From Balanoglossus misakiensis (taxonomy: Eukaryota; Animalia; Hemichordata), in contig CM082593.2 in assembly GCA_040954595.2 (NCBI GenBank), positions 4,171,434-4,235,433 on the forward strand: a DNA stretch of 64,000 nucleotides, read 5' to 3'. This document shows positions 35,438-48,900 of the stretch, one piece after another. The notes under the pieces are model-generated. The model did not search any database and was not told where the DNA came from. It saw only the letters and a program-made list of their open reading frames with translations. How positions within the stretch are numbered: position 1 is the first letter of the stretch; every line of letters starts with the position of its first letter. Both the position numbers and the translations under genes were made by a program.

Positions 35438-38400
35438 GTTCGACTACGTCACTGGCAGGCTGTTTCACCATTAGTGTAAAAGTGAGCTGCATCCCTATAG
35501 GGCATGCATTATTCATTAGTGTGGTCGGTATAGACATGACCGTTCGCTGTCAACTTCAACTGGAAGGGGTTGACACTCTGTATAGGGTTGAGGTCTGCGT
35601 CAAACGCCGTAAATTAAAAGCCCTCGCAACTTGACGTCCTCATGTCGTGATTCTAACGAGGGTCTGGTCAGACATATGGTGAAATTACAAGCAAAGTATG
35701 AATCAGCAAAATAATAGTTGTCAGCTTATCCGGTGAGTTGAAGCAACGCAAAACGTATGACGAGACTTCGCCTAAGCTATACACAGTGTAACACCAATGC
35801 ATTTACCCTCGTTGCCAGGAGCTGAAATGGGCCATTTGACCAGTGAGACACAATTATTAAATGTGACGTGGTATTTTAAACCGGTTAAATAAATGTTTTA
35901 CTATTTGCAAATCTCGCCAAATGACTGTTTGCGTTGTTGCCATTTCGCCATATGTTTCAGACCGGACTCATAAAAAATAAATTTTCACTACTTCGGTTAC
36001 AGGTTGTCGTTGAAATAACAACAACAGTACATTCACAAAATCGCGTTCGAGTTATAATGACTTATACAAATACTTGAATTATGTCTCGTGCTTGAAATGG
36101 CTATCCACGAACGTTTCCAAATTCATACATCATCGAACAGTCAGTTATAAAGTCTTCAAAACAATTGGATGTTTATGTGATGTGTTGAAAACTATACGGT
36201 CAATGCCTTTACATACACATATCAACACAAACCCACAGCCAATAGCTGCTATGGGGGAAGAGAAAGGGATGGATGGAGGGAAGGAGGGAGAGAGATTGAC
36301 AAGTGACATCTATACGATCCCAAGACTCCAAGTTGGCACATATCCATATGGAAAATGAGAATTAAATCATTGTTTAACAACTCTAATGTTACATCTATAA
36401 TAATTAAGAAAACCTCTACAGGGCACGCATACATGTCAGTGATTGACAAATAACGTCATCACACGCCACATTTATTTCATTATTTTGTATGCCATAATAT
36501 TGAGACGCCAATGCAGTTATAGCAACGTATGTCCCGTCCAGTTTTAATGACATCCAGTGGCGTCTAATGATAATTACTATAATATGTGCAATCTGCAGGG
36601 TATTCAGATCGCCAAGATTTAATCCGGTGTTTTGACATTGAGGTATTGAAAGTGTAGTTATCATTTTCATGGAGACTGACAGAAAAGCCTTCTACAAACT
36701 TAGATACAAAGCCACAGACAGATTTTAGGTTATAGGATCTGGTCAGGCCTTAGCACATAATCTAAGTTAATAAAGGGTTTGACAAAATGGATAAAGGTTG
36801 ATAGAACATGGCCATGTGTAACAACTCCCAAGCGACTGTGGTTGATAGTCTAGGGAGTAAAAGTGACTGTATTTCACAGGATTCTCTGACCAAAGATTCT
36901 TTGGGCCTGAAAAGAGTAGTTTGACTCGTCTTCCCGAAAAGAAGTGTTTTATGTTCACGGTGATTATGCCCACCGATGTCCGACATACGGTAACCGGGGC
37001 AAGATACAAAGATCGGACGACGGAAGCAACGCACAACTTTGCGCCGTGTTTTGGATCACAAGGTTCAACCAGAGACACTCTGTAATTTTATTGACTGAGG
37101 CATATGTTGACTTGCGTCTATTTTTCTTATTAAATTTCTGATACCGAGGAAATTGCCAAACTGGACCCTGTAGAATTGTGCATGGTACTATAACCCTGGT
37201 GCTATTGTTTGCCTGCATGTATTCATGGAAAATTTCGTGGTCCATGATTTTATATCGTATTTTGTTTGTGTTACCGCTCTATGAAATCTACCTATATTTA
37301 CATTTGCTACAGGTAATCTCATTATCACGTTCCCAATTCGGTCGACAAACATCACATCGACCTAATTTCCGATTTTTTTTTCTGATATTAAATGTAAGCT
37401 ATTAATTCTCGTCTAATGCAGTGGGTAATGGTTCATTGAATGTCATGTGAAGGAGATAGATATGACCTAGAACAAACAACCACACGATTCGTCTTCCTGT
37501 CGAAAGCTCGTCACGTTATTATGACAAATGACATTTCTAGTATGTTTTTCACTAGACATTTTAAAATTTCCAAAAGAAAAAAAAGTTATGAGAGTTTTGT
37601 TGTTCACGTTTGTCCAGGTGGGCTGACCGCGGAACTTGTTTTTCACGCGTCAGCCTGCCCCGGTCAATTGTTGCATTTTGTCACTCAAACGGCATTATGA
37701 ATCACCAACAATTTAATTGACTCTAAAAACCCTCGCCTGAAAGGTCAGTAAGTGTAACTTTTGATATTAATATATTTCTTGCTTTGTGTATCGACTCTAC
37801 TTTCTTGTTCTACTCCATAAACCACATTATAAACCCCTCTGTTCAACATATTAAAATAGTCTTTGTAATGTACCGACAGCAAGCAATTAAAGGTCTCAGG
37901 TTGAAATTCAACTCATTTCGATGTAAACAAGCCTATTATGACAATTTTATTAATAAATTATCAAAAGTGCTTTCACATTTTCTATGATGTGGCAAATAAA
38001 CGTCAACGAATTAAATTACAACAAAAGCATAACAGTAAAATTATCTCATCGTTATAACACCGATGACTTCATTCGCTTTTGTTAATGTGATTATGCGGAG
38101 CATACAAAATTGTAGGGAAAAAACAAATGTGGTTTTATGGCAGAGTAAATCCTCAATTCTTGTGAAAGATCGCTGTAATGCGTGAAATGCAACGCAACGC
38201 TAAATGGACATTAGGCGGATCATCAATTGTGCGATTCTAACGCATAAAGTGTGCGACGCAGACTATAACGTGTGTGTTGTCATATACATGTACACACACG
38301 TACGTCACAGTGTTTGTGACTCGGGAAAGATTGGGGGATTTCTTGCTGGCGTATAATAAAGCTACTTAGGTGCCCTATGTTATATTTTCCAGAAGACCTT

Positions 38401-39174
38401 GCTGATGGCATTCACGAGAAGACTAATCACCGACCTGTTGCCCGGGCAACCGCCACTTATAAACGCTCTCGGAAGAGATGTATTTAATCTCTGCATCTTG
38501 TCAGTCGCTAATTACCGATTAAGTTTAAAACTCCGAACAAGGCAACACTATGCCGACCATTGTGCTGAAGATTTCGTTAACTTATTTTTGTAGATCGTCG
38601 TTTTTACCTGAAAAGTTTCTTTGCGAGCGAGGGACGTTAATCTGACGACTTATCGTTCTAAGTGCGTCTTTGTGAGGGCGTTTGAGGCGGAATCGATTCA
38701 AAAGTGGTGTTCAACAGGGTGGAAGTGCGCCTCCTATATTCGTCAATTTGTTTTTAATCTCAAGAAACGCGAGGAAACCTTATTGGTGATTATCGAGGAA
38801 ATTGTCTCATCTGCGGTGGTTGAGTTACCCCCCCCCCCCCCCCCAACCCACTCACTGGGGCCAATGACCAGTATGTGTTTACAAGCATTCAAGAAACAAC
38901 AAAAGATTTCTGGCCGCCATTGTTCCGGCGCATAAACCGTCAGGTGAACCAAACCTTGCACACAAAATGCTACAAAGTGACGAAATAATACACTTACCCC
39001 TCAAAATTGCCGGGGTAACCCTCTCCATGTAATACATTACCAATTCTTCTGGATGGGATACGTGGATGGCGCCAATTTCGTGTTGCTGCGGACGATTGAA
39101 GTTTGACGGGGAAAGTTTCTGTTCTCAGCAGTGCGGGGAAAGTTTTCCCTGTTACACTTTAAGAGGGCGCTATC

Positions 39175-39200
39175 ACCACCACCACCGCCACTACCACCAC

Positions 39201-39292
<92 letters not shown>

Positions 39293-39304
39293 ACAACAAC
39301 AACA
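39175..39304. repeat. Compound trinucleotide microsatellite (CAC)n(CAT)29(CAA)n
   Basis: Perfect CAT run at 39201-39287 flanked by imperfect CAC and CAA repeats. Confidence 0.98.
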
Positions 39305-41132
39305 AAGACACAGAACAGTGAATTCATTAAAATCGGTCTGGATCGGTCTATCTACACGTATTCTAAGCTTCATAAAACATTATATTTCTTCGAAAAGAAA
39401 CAGACGACATAGCTTCATGGTACATGTATTCTGTACTTGGGAGAGGAATGTGTTTTAATCACGATGTGTTGCTTACAAAAAAAAAACGAAAGAAACACTG
39501 GTAAATGTGCTGTTGGTATTCCACGAGCTTTCCCGAGGCCTGTCATCTACATCGCTTCAGGTTTAATAGAAAGAGAAAAAAACGTGCTGGCTTGTTAAGA
39601 AATTAAGAGGGTATTCGACATGAGGTAAGCAATGTTTTCTTTATACAAGTCTGTTAAATACTACGGAATATGGAAAATGTTCATAAGTTATCTGGTTCAG
39701 CCATAACATCATGACAAACAATGTCGTGAATTGATCCGTGTTGGTGACACGTTCACGTACGTGTTTCAGCTCGTATATCAGCACAGGCTGACAAATTATT
39801 AACTGTAATACAAGTTGCATTCCCTTGATACACATGCAAGCATCAATAAATATGGAGACATCATATAAAGCTGCGCAGAGATAATTTCGTATGTGCCTTC
39901 CGCGATGATCCGAACACCATCGTACAATAACGGCTACACACAAACACTATGACTGATGTCTCTATTTGGGTTTCGACAAATTTCCGATATATCACGGTGT
40001 CATCAACTTCAGCTTAAAATATGTGCGCTGAAATATCTAACTGAATATTGGAGTGTAATACAACTTATTGCCCAAGTTACAAGTAATGTAAACAAATCGA
40101 CGTGAGCGAGTGATCCGAAGATTGTAAATTTCTGTCTTCGTGATGGAAACGCTACAGTTACGAAGGAAAATAAAAAAAGACAATTATTTCAGGCAGTAAA
40201 GTGGGTCGAATCAGCTCAATTTACAACAGCGAACACGGATGAATTGTACTGGGAAATAACGATGTGATAAGCTATTAGAAAAATATATGGTTCACCGCAG
40301 AAAATGGCCAACCAAGCTATTAAAAAGCCCCGAACACGTAATGAGGGTTCTTCCAACTCAGTGGGTTGGATCCGTGTAATGCAGCCAATTTCCATCAGAA
40401 AATGAGAAAGTGGGCACATCGCTTCATTTAGCGTAACCAGGATAAGTGCGTGTTATGTAACCGCCTGCCAATTTTCTGTCTGTAAATTTGTGCCTACAAG
40501 CGGCACACGTCAATTAATATGAAGCGGGCAGGGGCTACTCGCAGAGAAATGCTCTTTCAGGTATTTATAAAACCACAGAGGGCGCAATTTAACTAAAGGT
40601 GGGAAGGTTTTTAAACACAGAAATAAGATATTAGTATATAAAAATGATTATGCGCTGACAGCCTCCAGTAATTTTAACAGTGACCATGACATGTGTTCAT
40701 GGTGAATACACGTAAACGTTCGGACACTGTTGTAAATATACCGGCCACTGAGTCACTACAGTTGACCCATATGACGTATATGTATAAAATATTAAGCCTC
40801 TTTGTGATAATACAAGAGATTCCATTTTAACTGTATACTTGAAACTCTCCAGTAAACGGGAAGTAAGTTTATATTCAGAATTTGTGTTCTTCTAAATTGG
40901 TTCTTATCAGTACACAATTAGCGAAGCGTCTATGCCTGTACAGGAAGATTCTGGTCTTGGAAGAGAACGCTATGATTTACCTCATCGGTTCTTGGGCGTT
41001 GTTGCATGCGACTGCCGTATTTATTTCACTCCACACAGTAGAGTGCGAATACTTCGTTATTTCCAGAGAAGCACACACAGTTGATCACTCAACATATTAT
41101 TATTTGGATTTGAGTGATTGCGTCGTATTTAT

Positions 41133-42578
41133 TTACAACTTGACTCCCGTGTCGCTGACGTCTTCCTTTTTACGAAGATTGAGCTTGGCCAGCAAGCTCT
41201 GCCATTTACTTCCGCCGGTCTGGTGGTCTTGATTGGGTACCCACAACTCGCCAGACTTCCACGATTTCTTGGACCTATTTTGTTTCTTAGCGTCTCTTCC
41301 TTGCTCATCTTCGTCTGAGCTGTGCTGGACGATTTCCTCGGATAATCTGGCCTCGATGGCTTTCCCCAGGAGCTCTGGATCAAAGCCGGCCAATGCACCG
41401 AAATCAAACTGGCCACCACCACCACCGCCGTCGACTGCGTCAGTATCTTTCTCTATCAACGTCGTCTCACAGGCCGCCTCTTCTTTCGATTCCGGTTCAG
41501 CGTCGACAGCTTCGGAGATGGGTTTGAGTTCAAACACGGACCCTTCATCCTCGTTCTCGTAGCTTCCCTCGAATATAACATTCGGAAAAATATGTTCATT
41601 TGAGGAGCTCGTCAAAACGTGCGTTAGCGGCGTCGTTTTGTTCATAATAGTCGACGTTTGGCTCGGCAATGAATGTTGGCTGCGAATGCTTGATGACGGG
41701 GAGGAAAACATCGGGGCGGAGAGCGTCATGCCTGTCGCCGCGGGCGCCTCCGCGCTCCTGCCGACTCGCTCGAAAATTGGCCTTTTTGGCCGCGTCGAAA
41801 TATTCTCCTTTTCCATAGGTGTAAATTCCGGCATACTCATCAGTCTTCCGATGGATGACATTGAAGGCTTGTTTCTTTTACCGTCTTTGCTGTGGTGTGC
41901 AATTTTGATGATTTCTTTCAAATCGTCGTTCGAGCACACGATGCCCCCCGTCCGCTGACGTCCAATGTTCAACGATTGCTGTCTGACCAATCTGTTGACC
42001 TGTATGGCGGATTCGCTGTTGGCGCGCAACAATTTTTTCGTCGGGTGGCGTTCCCTCATCGACCCTCCCCGCCCGTCGTATTTTCTGTCGTGCGAGACAA
42101 ACTGTTCTGCGGTGAGCGGGAGGCCATTCTGTAGCATATCCGAGCTTCTGACGCTGTTGCTTTTTCGAAGTTCCCCTCTCATCGATCCATCAGAGAGTGG
42201 CCTCGTCGTCTTCTTACCAGTGGGAGTTTTCCACGCTAATTTCTCACTCGTATTCGGCGATTTTGGCGGCATGACGTCACCTTTGCTTTCAAACACGGCG
42301 CTTTGACTGCGCTTCTTAACGACCACGGGCGAAGACACGCCCGGATCGTCCTGCGGCAGTCTTTCGTAGTCGACGCTTTTACTTATCCTCATCTTCGGCT
42401 TGCGATAACGATTCGAACTGTCCAGCGGCCTGACTTCCGACACCACGTCCACTTTAGTCGTGTCGCCGTGCAGCAGTGATCGCGTACTGGACATTGTAGC
42501 ATCGGAGCGGCGCGGTGATCCCGTCAAAAGGTTGATTTCTTCAGCAACAGCATCCTTGTCTGAAAACTGGTTTGTCAT
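41133..42578 (-). CDS. Uncharacterised 481-aa, Ser/Arg/Lys-rich, probably disordered protein; single coding exon
   Basis: Longest ORF in the window, in a locally GC-richer segment. In-frame TAA two codons upstream of the ATG. Strong acceptor tctctctcgtctacag at 42645, 66 nt upstream of the ATG. No domain recognised. Confidence 0.8.
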   Translation of the reverse strand: MTNQFSDKDAVAEEINLLTGSPRRSDATMSSTRSLLHGDTTKVDVVSEVRPLDSSNRYRKPKMRISKSVDYERLPQDDPGVSSPVVVKKRSQSAVFESKGDVMPPKSPNTSEKLAWKTPTGKKTTRPLSDGSMRGELRKSNSVRSSDMLQNGLPLTAEQFVSHDRKYDGRGGSMRERHPTKKLLRANSESAIQVNRLVRQQSLNIGRQRTGGIVCSNDDLKEIIKIAHHSKDGKRNKPSMSSIGRLMSMPEFTPMEKENISTRPKRPIFERVGRSAEAPAATGMTLSAPMFSSPSSSIRSQHSLPSQTSTIMNKTTPLTHVLTSSSNEHIFPNVIFEGSYENEDEGSVFELKPISEAVDAEPESKEEAACETTLIEKDTDAVDGGGGGGQFDFGALAGFDPELLGKAIEARLSEEIVQHSSDEDEQGRDAKKQNRSKKSWKSGELWVPNQDHQTGGSKWQSLLAKLNLRKKEDVSDTGVKL

Positions 42579-45500
42579 ACCTTAGAGACCGACGCGCCAG
42601 GCTGTAACTAACCAGTGTATAGCCGCAGTCCGCCCAAGTTATTCCTGTAGACGAGAGAGAACGGAAATTATTTTCTCTGTAATTGAATGTTTGTAATTCA
42701 CAGTTGATTGGTTGTAATTTCAATGGAATTGAATGGAAGCTGATTTTCTGCATGGCTGTCTGCTTAACCATTAAAAAGGTGTACATGCATTGCTGTTTCG
42801 TATGTCAGTGTATTGCAGAACTGTGAGAAGACAGTCCGTGTAGACAAAGGCAAGAAGTGTCTCTTCTGTAACCATGTTACGTATTGACATCATCAAATTT
42901 ACAATAGAAGCCACTCCCGTGGTAAAGTTTCCTCCACAGCATATTACAAACATGCCTTTTGTTCCTGTGCTGCGATTCGCTAGAATTGGTCACGTGAGGG
43001 TAACGTAACTGAGTTAAGACGCAGGGAAATATTAGAATCGACTGTACATTGACAGGAGGTAGCCGTACATGACGTCAGAGATAAGAATACTAAATCTGAA
43101 AATCATGGCGGCCAGTTCGGTGTGCAACCTTTGCTAATGCAACAAGTTTATACTAGTATCTGTCATTTTTTTGGGGGAAATGACTTTGATATCTGGACGC
43201 TCTCAAGAGTCGTATGACGTCAAGGACATCACTCTCGAAGCAAATTATATTTACACACCGTTTTGGAGAAGTATGCTACAGCGGTGACCAACGTTCGATG
43301 AAAGCACTTGTGTCGGTAACCTCTTGCTGTGAATTCCACGGTCGCTATGGGGAAAGCTCAAACGCAATCGGTGAATCCATACGGTATTTTCTGCCCGAGT
43401 ATGGCGTTGACGTTCCCTCAATGGAACACACGCAGTTGGCTTATTATTTGCGCTTTCCCGATGAAGATTGACCAAAAATGAGCAGTGATAGAAATACCTG
43501 ACAAATTATGTCGTCTGCTCGCGATAAAAATACCTGAAGCTTTCAGTTGGTCGACATTCAATCAGTCTTTGCGGCGATGTTTCAACACGCTCCATTTGCG
43601 GCACAAATTAAACACCCTACTATTTAAACCGCGTAGAATGAATGACCGTGTCAGAAATATACTTGCCATACGGCACAAATACATGTATGCATGAGCACGC
43701 ACGTTGCGATGTACGTCATTCATCCGGGATATATTTGGCGGCCGTTTACGTCTCCTGTGGCCCTGAGTCATCGGAATTCATGCCTATTTCTGGCAACTTA
43801 TAGTAATGTTTGTCACACTTTAGTAAAACAACAACAACTGGGTCCCTGGGCATGATGAATAAATCGATGCTAATGGACCCACGGTCAGACAATAGAAGCA
43901 GAATTTGACTTTCATTTGATCCAAACGAGGCATAAGCTTAGCTCCAGCTCTTTGCCGACATCATATTATCACGCTGTGTCCCATTGAAGTTAAAAATACC
44001 TTCGAGCGTATGAATTTATAATGTTAACAACTATAACAAGTATTCAAAAGCAACACAAATCCTCTGTTCAAGCTTGCAAATTGATGTCACAGTCTTGTAA
44101 GGGTTAATAAGTACATGTTTGCATCGACAATGGATTTATTTCGCTTTGTCAAAGATTAAGACGAAATCAAATGCGGAGATGGCGTTGCAATATTCATAAC
44201 AGCAGTGACACGGGATATGATGTAATTGGACGAGCGCACAGGATTTATACAAGGTGGCGGTTCATGCTAGCATATAGCTTTTGTGGTCACTAGGAGGGCG
44301 GTTGTGATTCGGTACAGGTGTGTTCCCCGAAGAGTCTGCGTTTTATCTGAATTCAATTGGTCGAGCGTCTACAGTGAAAAGGTGTGCGGGGAAGGGGTCA
44401 AAACCGCGGAGTACACGTGTATACGCTTTCAGTGGGAGGTAACGTACCCCGGGGGATATCATGCCAGACCCGCTGTGTGTTTCAGCTAGCGACGTTTGGA
44501 ACGGCTCATGTCGCTTTCCTAGTTGTCTGGGCTTGTTGAGGGAGCATAGATTAACCGAGAAAGCCTTTTGAACGGGATTATACCCTGGAGCGGTGTAAGT
44601 CTTCGGAGATTTGCAACGGTTTTCATGGGTCCATGAGTTCGATTTCCATCCAAATAATTCATTTCTCGCTATTTTATCTAGAGTATGTTTACAACATCTG
44701 ATCGGACAATCATCAAGGTTTGTAATAATATTATACATTAGAGGGATTCCATGTTTGGCATAAGATTAACAATCGTTTAAAAGGCTTCGTTTCCCATCGT
44801 ACCAACTTAATTATTAATATCTGTTGATACATCAAGTTGAAATTACACATTCGATAGGAAAACATCCGTGATTACATTTGCATATTTACAACATTTAAAT
44901 TAATAAATATATTAGCGTTATCGCTTCTCATACGAGATTTACACTGCAATATGTTCAAATAGAAAATCTAAGCCTATCGGGCAATTCTGTCGTGTAAATG
45001 TCAAATTCGAATATATCTATAGGACATATAATAAAATCATTGCACCCAGTAAATAGAATTACGAGTTACAACATTAGGACATACACAGAATATGGACGTC
45101 GACCATGTAAAGGAAGACGCGTCTAAGTTGCATACTTGCATACAGGATAGTTCGTGCGTACGTTGCGGATAGTGAAAGTTATTGGACGATAGAACGTCAG
45201 TTTAAGGCACTGTCTGTAAAAAACACGTTGCTTTCCCTTTTGGCAATCAATTTCGTGTCGTTTCTGTGTCAGCATTTTTGTGGTTTCGCTTAAAACAGCT
45301 TGTACTGACACAAATGTGTGTGTTATATGTGGATACTCTTGTAAATTTCTTGTTTCCTCCCATGGACGTTACATGTATTCTTATTTTTGTATTAAATAAA
45401 TAATTAAGTATGTCTGATACTTAAATTGAGTTTTTGAATATTCAACACGGGTAGTTCATTCGCGTTGGGGTCATTTTCCCCTCAAATGAATGTTGCATGC

Positions 45501-45867
45501 AGTCTGCAGGACCGTCTAAGCGAGTCGTGGTTGCTTTGAAGTACGTGTTCGTGATGTACGTCATAATCTGAAATCGTATCTACTGCATTTCAAAATATGC
45601 TAATGTGCGTTAGGCCTACTTTTGGTGCTGACTACATGTACATACATGAAAACCGCGTTTTTAACCACGTTTTAATTGAGTTTGTTTTTTGATGCATTTG
45701 TTCCAAACCCTATTCAGTTACAGTCGTTAATGTCCTTTAATTACCCTGCAAAGCAACATCACTGAGTATTCTGCAATTTTATGTGATACTTGCAGCGTAA
45801 ATTTAGATCGCGCAATAGCATCTAGTTCTGCACTGTGAGTCTATGTCATGATATCCTTAGATTGCGA

Positions 45868-45947
45868 TAATTTTCATGAAAATAGATTTACATAAAAATC
45901 GGTTTTGCTAATTTTCATGAAAATGGATTTACAGAAAAGTCGATTTT
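45868..45947. repeat. Two-copy 41-bp tandem duplication containing the palindrome ATTTTCATGAAAAT
   Basis: TAATTTTCATGAAAAT(A/G)GATTTACA(T/G)AAAA starts at 45868 and again at 45909. Confidence 0.8.
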
Positions 45948-48900
45948 TACTCCTACAATACGTACAAAAATAAATAATATGCATGATTACACTACTAAGT
46001 GTTCACAAGACGGCTAATAGACCCCCTGTGACGCGGCTATAATGACAAGGGAAGGTAGAGCCATTAAGTATTGTACAACTTCATCACGTATACTTTAGGA
46101 GCTGAATAGTTAGATTTTTTTATTCGCCTCAGTTGGCAGCTAGTGTCAAGATCGTTATCAGTGGTCTAATGTAGCTGAGCCGTGGCTTCCATGTCGCAAT
46201 TTGCCTCCTGAAAGATTCACAGCAATTCAGCTGTCGGAACTTTAACGGGCCTGAGACGCCCCCAGTGCTGTGTAAAAGTATACATGGCACAGGGTTTCTA
46301 TTAGCGATTTCCATCCGACCAAGTATAGTCGATATACTTCATTAAGTCGACATCAGCCCCTCGTTATCCCCCCAAAATGACATCCCCTATCGCAACTCTT
46401 CTTGTACATTGCGATTAGCGAATTAACTGTACGTAAAGATACTTTGTAGGGCATTCATGAGCACATTCACATCTACCCTTTATCTTGTAGTGAATCAACA
46501 TCACCGACAATCCTTTTTATGCTTTTCATATCCTTGTATTATTTTTAGAAGCAAACAGCATAAGCTTACGGGTACGTTTGAATTGCACGTTTTGACAAGC
46601 CATTAAGCCATGATGACAACTGATTATAACGACGCTCGGAGTGAAATGTCAGGTTCGATGATAATGTCGACGACGACAACGATGATGATGATTGCTGTTC
46701 TTGATTTTTGCTGTTGCTACAATTGTTGTTGTTGTCACAAAAACAGCGCAAATATAAGCTTACTCATTACAGAGTTACAACAAAAATAAAACTACTCCAC
46801 GACAGAAATATTCTGCAAATAATGGCATTAACAACACATAAAAAATATAGCGACAATGTAGATAAAACCTCTTGCCACTACAAGCTGACGTCAAACGAAT
46901 ATACCACCAGTTAATCCATCTGATACATGATATGATGTGTTCCGTTTCTTTCACACCGTTTACACTAGCAACTTTTGTTTTCGCTTCAGTTCTAACGCAG
47001 AATTATGTAAGCTCCGTCTTTGCAAATCACGTTTCCCCCAAAGGGTTTTTGCATCAGGAGAAGATATCCATTAATTATCTGAATGCGAAGACGATCATCT
47101 GAAGTCGAATAATTAACATAGCCGCTGCTATCCTGCAGTCATTAATCAAGCGAAAAGACGCGACCGCTGTACAACTGTGCGGGATTGCTTTTTAATTCAC
47201 GGTCATTGGGAAGCGAGAACAACTGCACTACAAAACCTGTTGATGACGTGTACTTTCGCCATCTTGATCGTAAAACTCATCATACACGTCTACAACATGG
47301 CGTCATTTTGGTAGTGCCCAACGCAGACGACACGGCCAACCAATACATGATAAAATAAATTTAAATTGTGATAAAAAATTACCACGCATTGTCTTCAATG
47401 TTAGCGAGTACTATTCCGCCGCCCGCATTAATTCCTCTCGATTCCACAACTGAAATTTATGTGTGCAATTTTTTATCAGCACCTCTGCTCGATGTTTATA
47501 CACCGCATCGAGAATTTACATACAAATTTAAAGGTTATTTTGACATCACGAATTCGTCCTGGTTGACCGCCTTCTGATTATGCCTACATTGCATATTGCT
47601 AATTTAACATGTCTTGCTAAGCCGTCTAACGTACATATATCATTCACTTCAGTTTTTAGCCTTTGGCCACCAGCAGGATCTCCCGATTCCGTTGGGGATG
47701 GCAGACAAAAATAGGCAGTGCAAAGGATTATTATAATTCCCCTTTTCCAGAGAAAAAACGGCTGTCACGTTACGATTCTTCATTAAAGATTATACGAACT
47801 GCAACATGAAATGACTATCCTGATTTTGAAAAGCAAAAACCGGATAAATTATAAACAAAAATGTCAGGAAATTCTGCGCATGCCCGCCAGCAGAATAAAA
47901 ACACTGCAGTCTTTTATTATTTTGTCGTGCGATAAAAATAAACGCAAACGATGGTCTTAAAACGTTTATCATGAGCTGTCGCACATAAACTTTACTACTG
48001 AAAACGACATTTTTAATTCATCATCCATGTTACTGTGTGTAATACACGCGTCTCTGCCCTGAGGATAAATTTCCACGTTTATTTTATTCGAATCTCCATC
48101 AGTAGAGTGCGATTTTGACTGTTGTTGTTAATATATGACTGCAGTCATTGGCTGTTACGTCACTTGGGATGTTTACAAGACAAGACTTTTGTGTTGTTAA
48201 AGCCAGAACAAGGGAGGATTATGGGTAATGTGTTTACTTGATCGGGCGGCGCTCGTGTCGCCATCTTAACAGTGTGGTCCCAATATTCACTGAATTTCAC
48301 GCTGTTTCTGACGTGGGTATACATAACCATCATGTACATTGTACACGACTTCCGTGATTATGAAAGGATTACGCTCGGGTTAAAAATCCCTTCACAAAAT
48401 GTGCCTTGGGTGTGTAAAATACACATTTTCTAATGTTGTACGTGATCATTTGTGTCCGACTATAACAGTAACAAACAGTAACTTTCTAGACGGACGGTCT
48501 TTGTATACTCATGAATAAATAAAGGCAAGCCACCCTCAGGAGCAACACGGACACTGAAATGAATATTCTGAAGACATTTGAAACTTCCGATGGCGAACTT
48601 CGGCTTTATAACCGATTGCTAATCTCGCCTTGGCTATGTCCTGTACATGACTAACTTCCTGTTGGTGACAGTTGTAGTGATGGACCTTTTCTGTCAAAGT
48701 CGACTGCACAGGAAGTGACTATTATTCAACGATGAAGGCAGAATGCCACGATTCAACTACGTCATCAGCTAAGCTGCAGATTGACTGTCACCCTTTTGAC
48801 CCACACACGTTCAAATCCCAGAAATAACCCAATTTTCTAACACTTTTGAGAACGGTGTACAGTTTAATAAAAATCAAGAAGAGGTCAGTTCACTTCGCTT

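Noticed and set aside
39037-39458. Poly-His, poly-Ser and poly-Asp ORFs
   Set aside because: All arise from the (CAT)29 microsatellite read in different frames; no splice or domain support.
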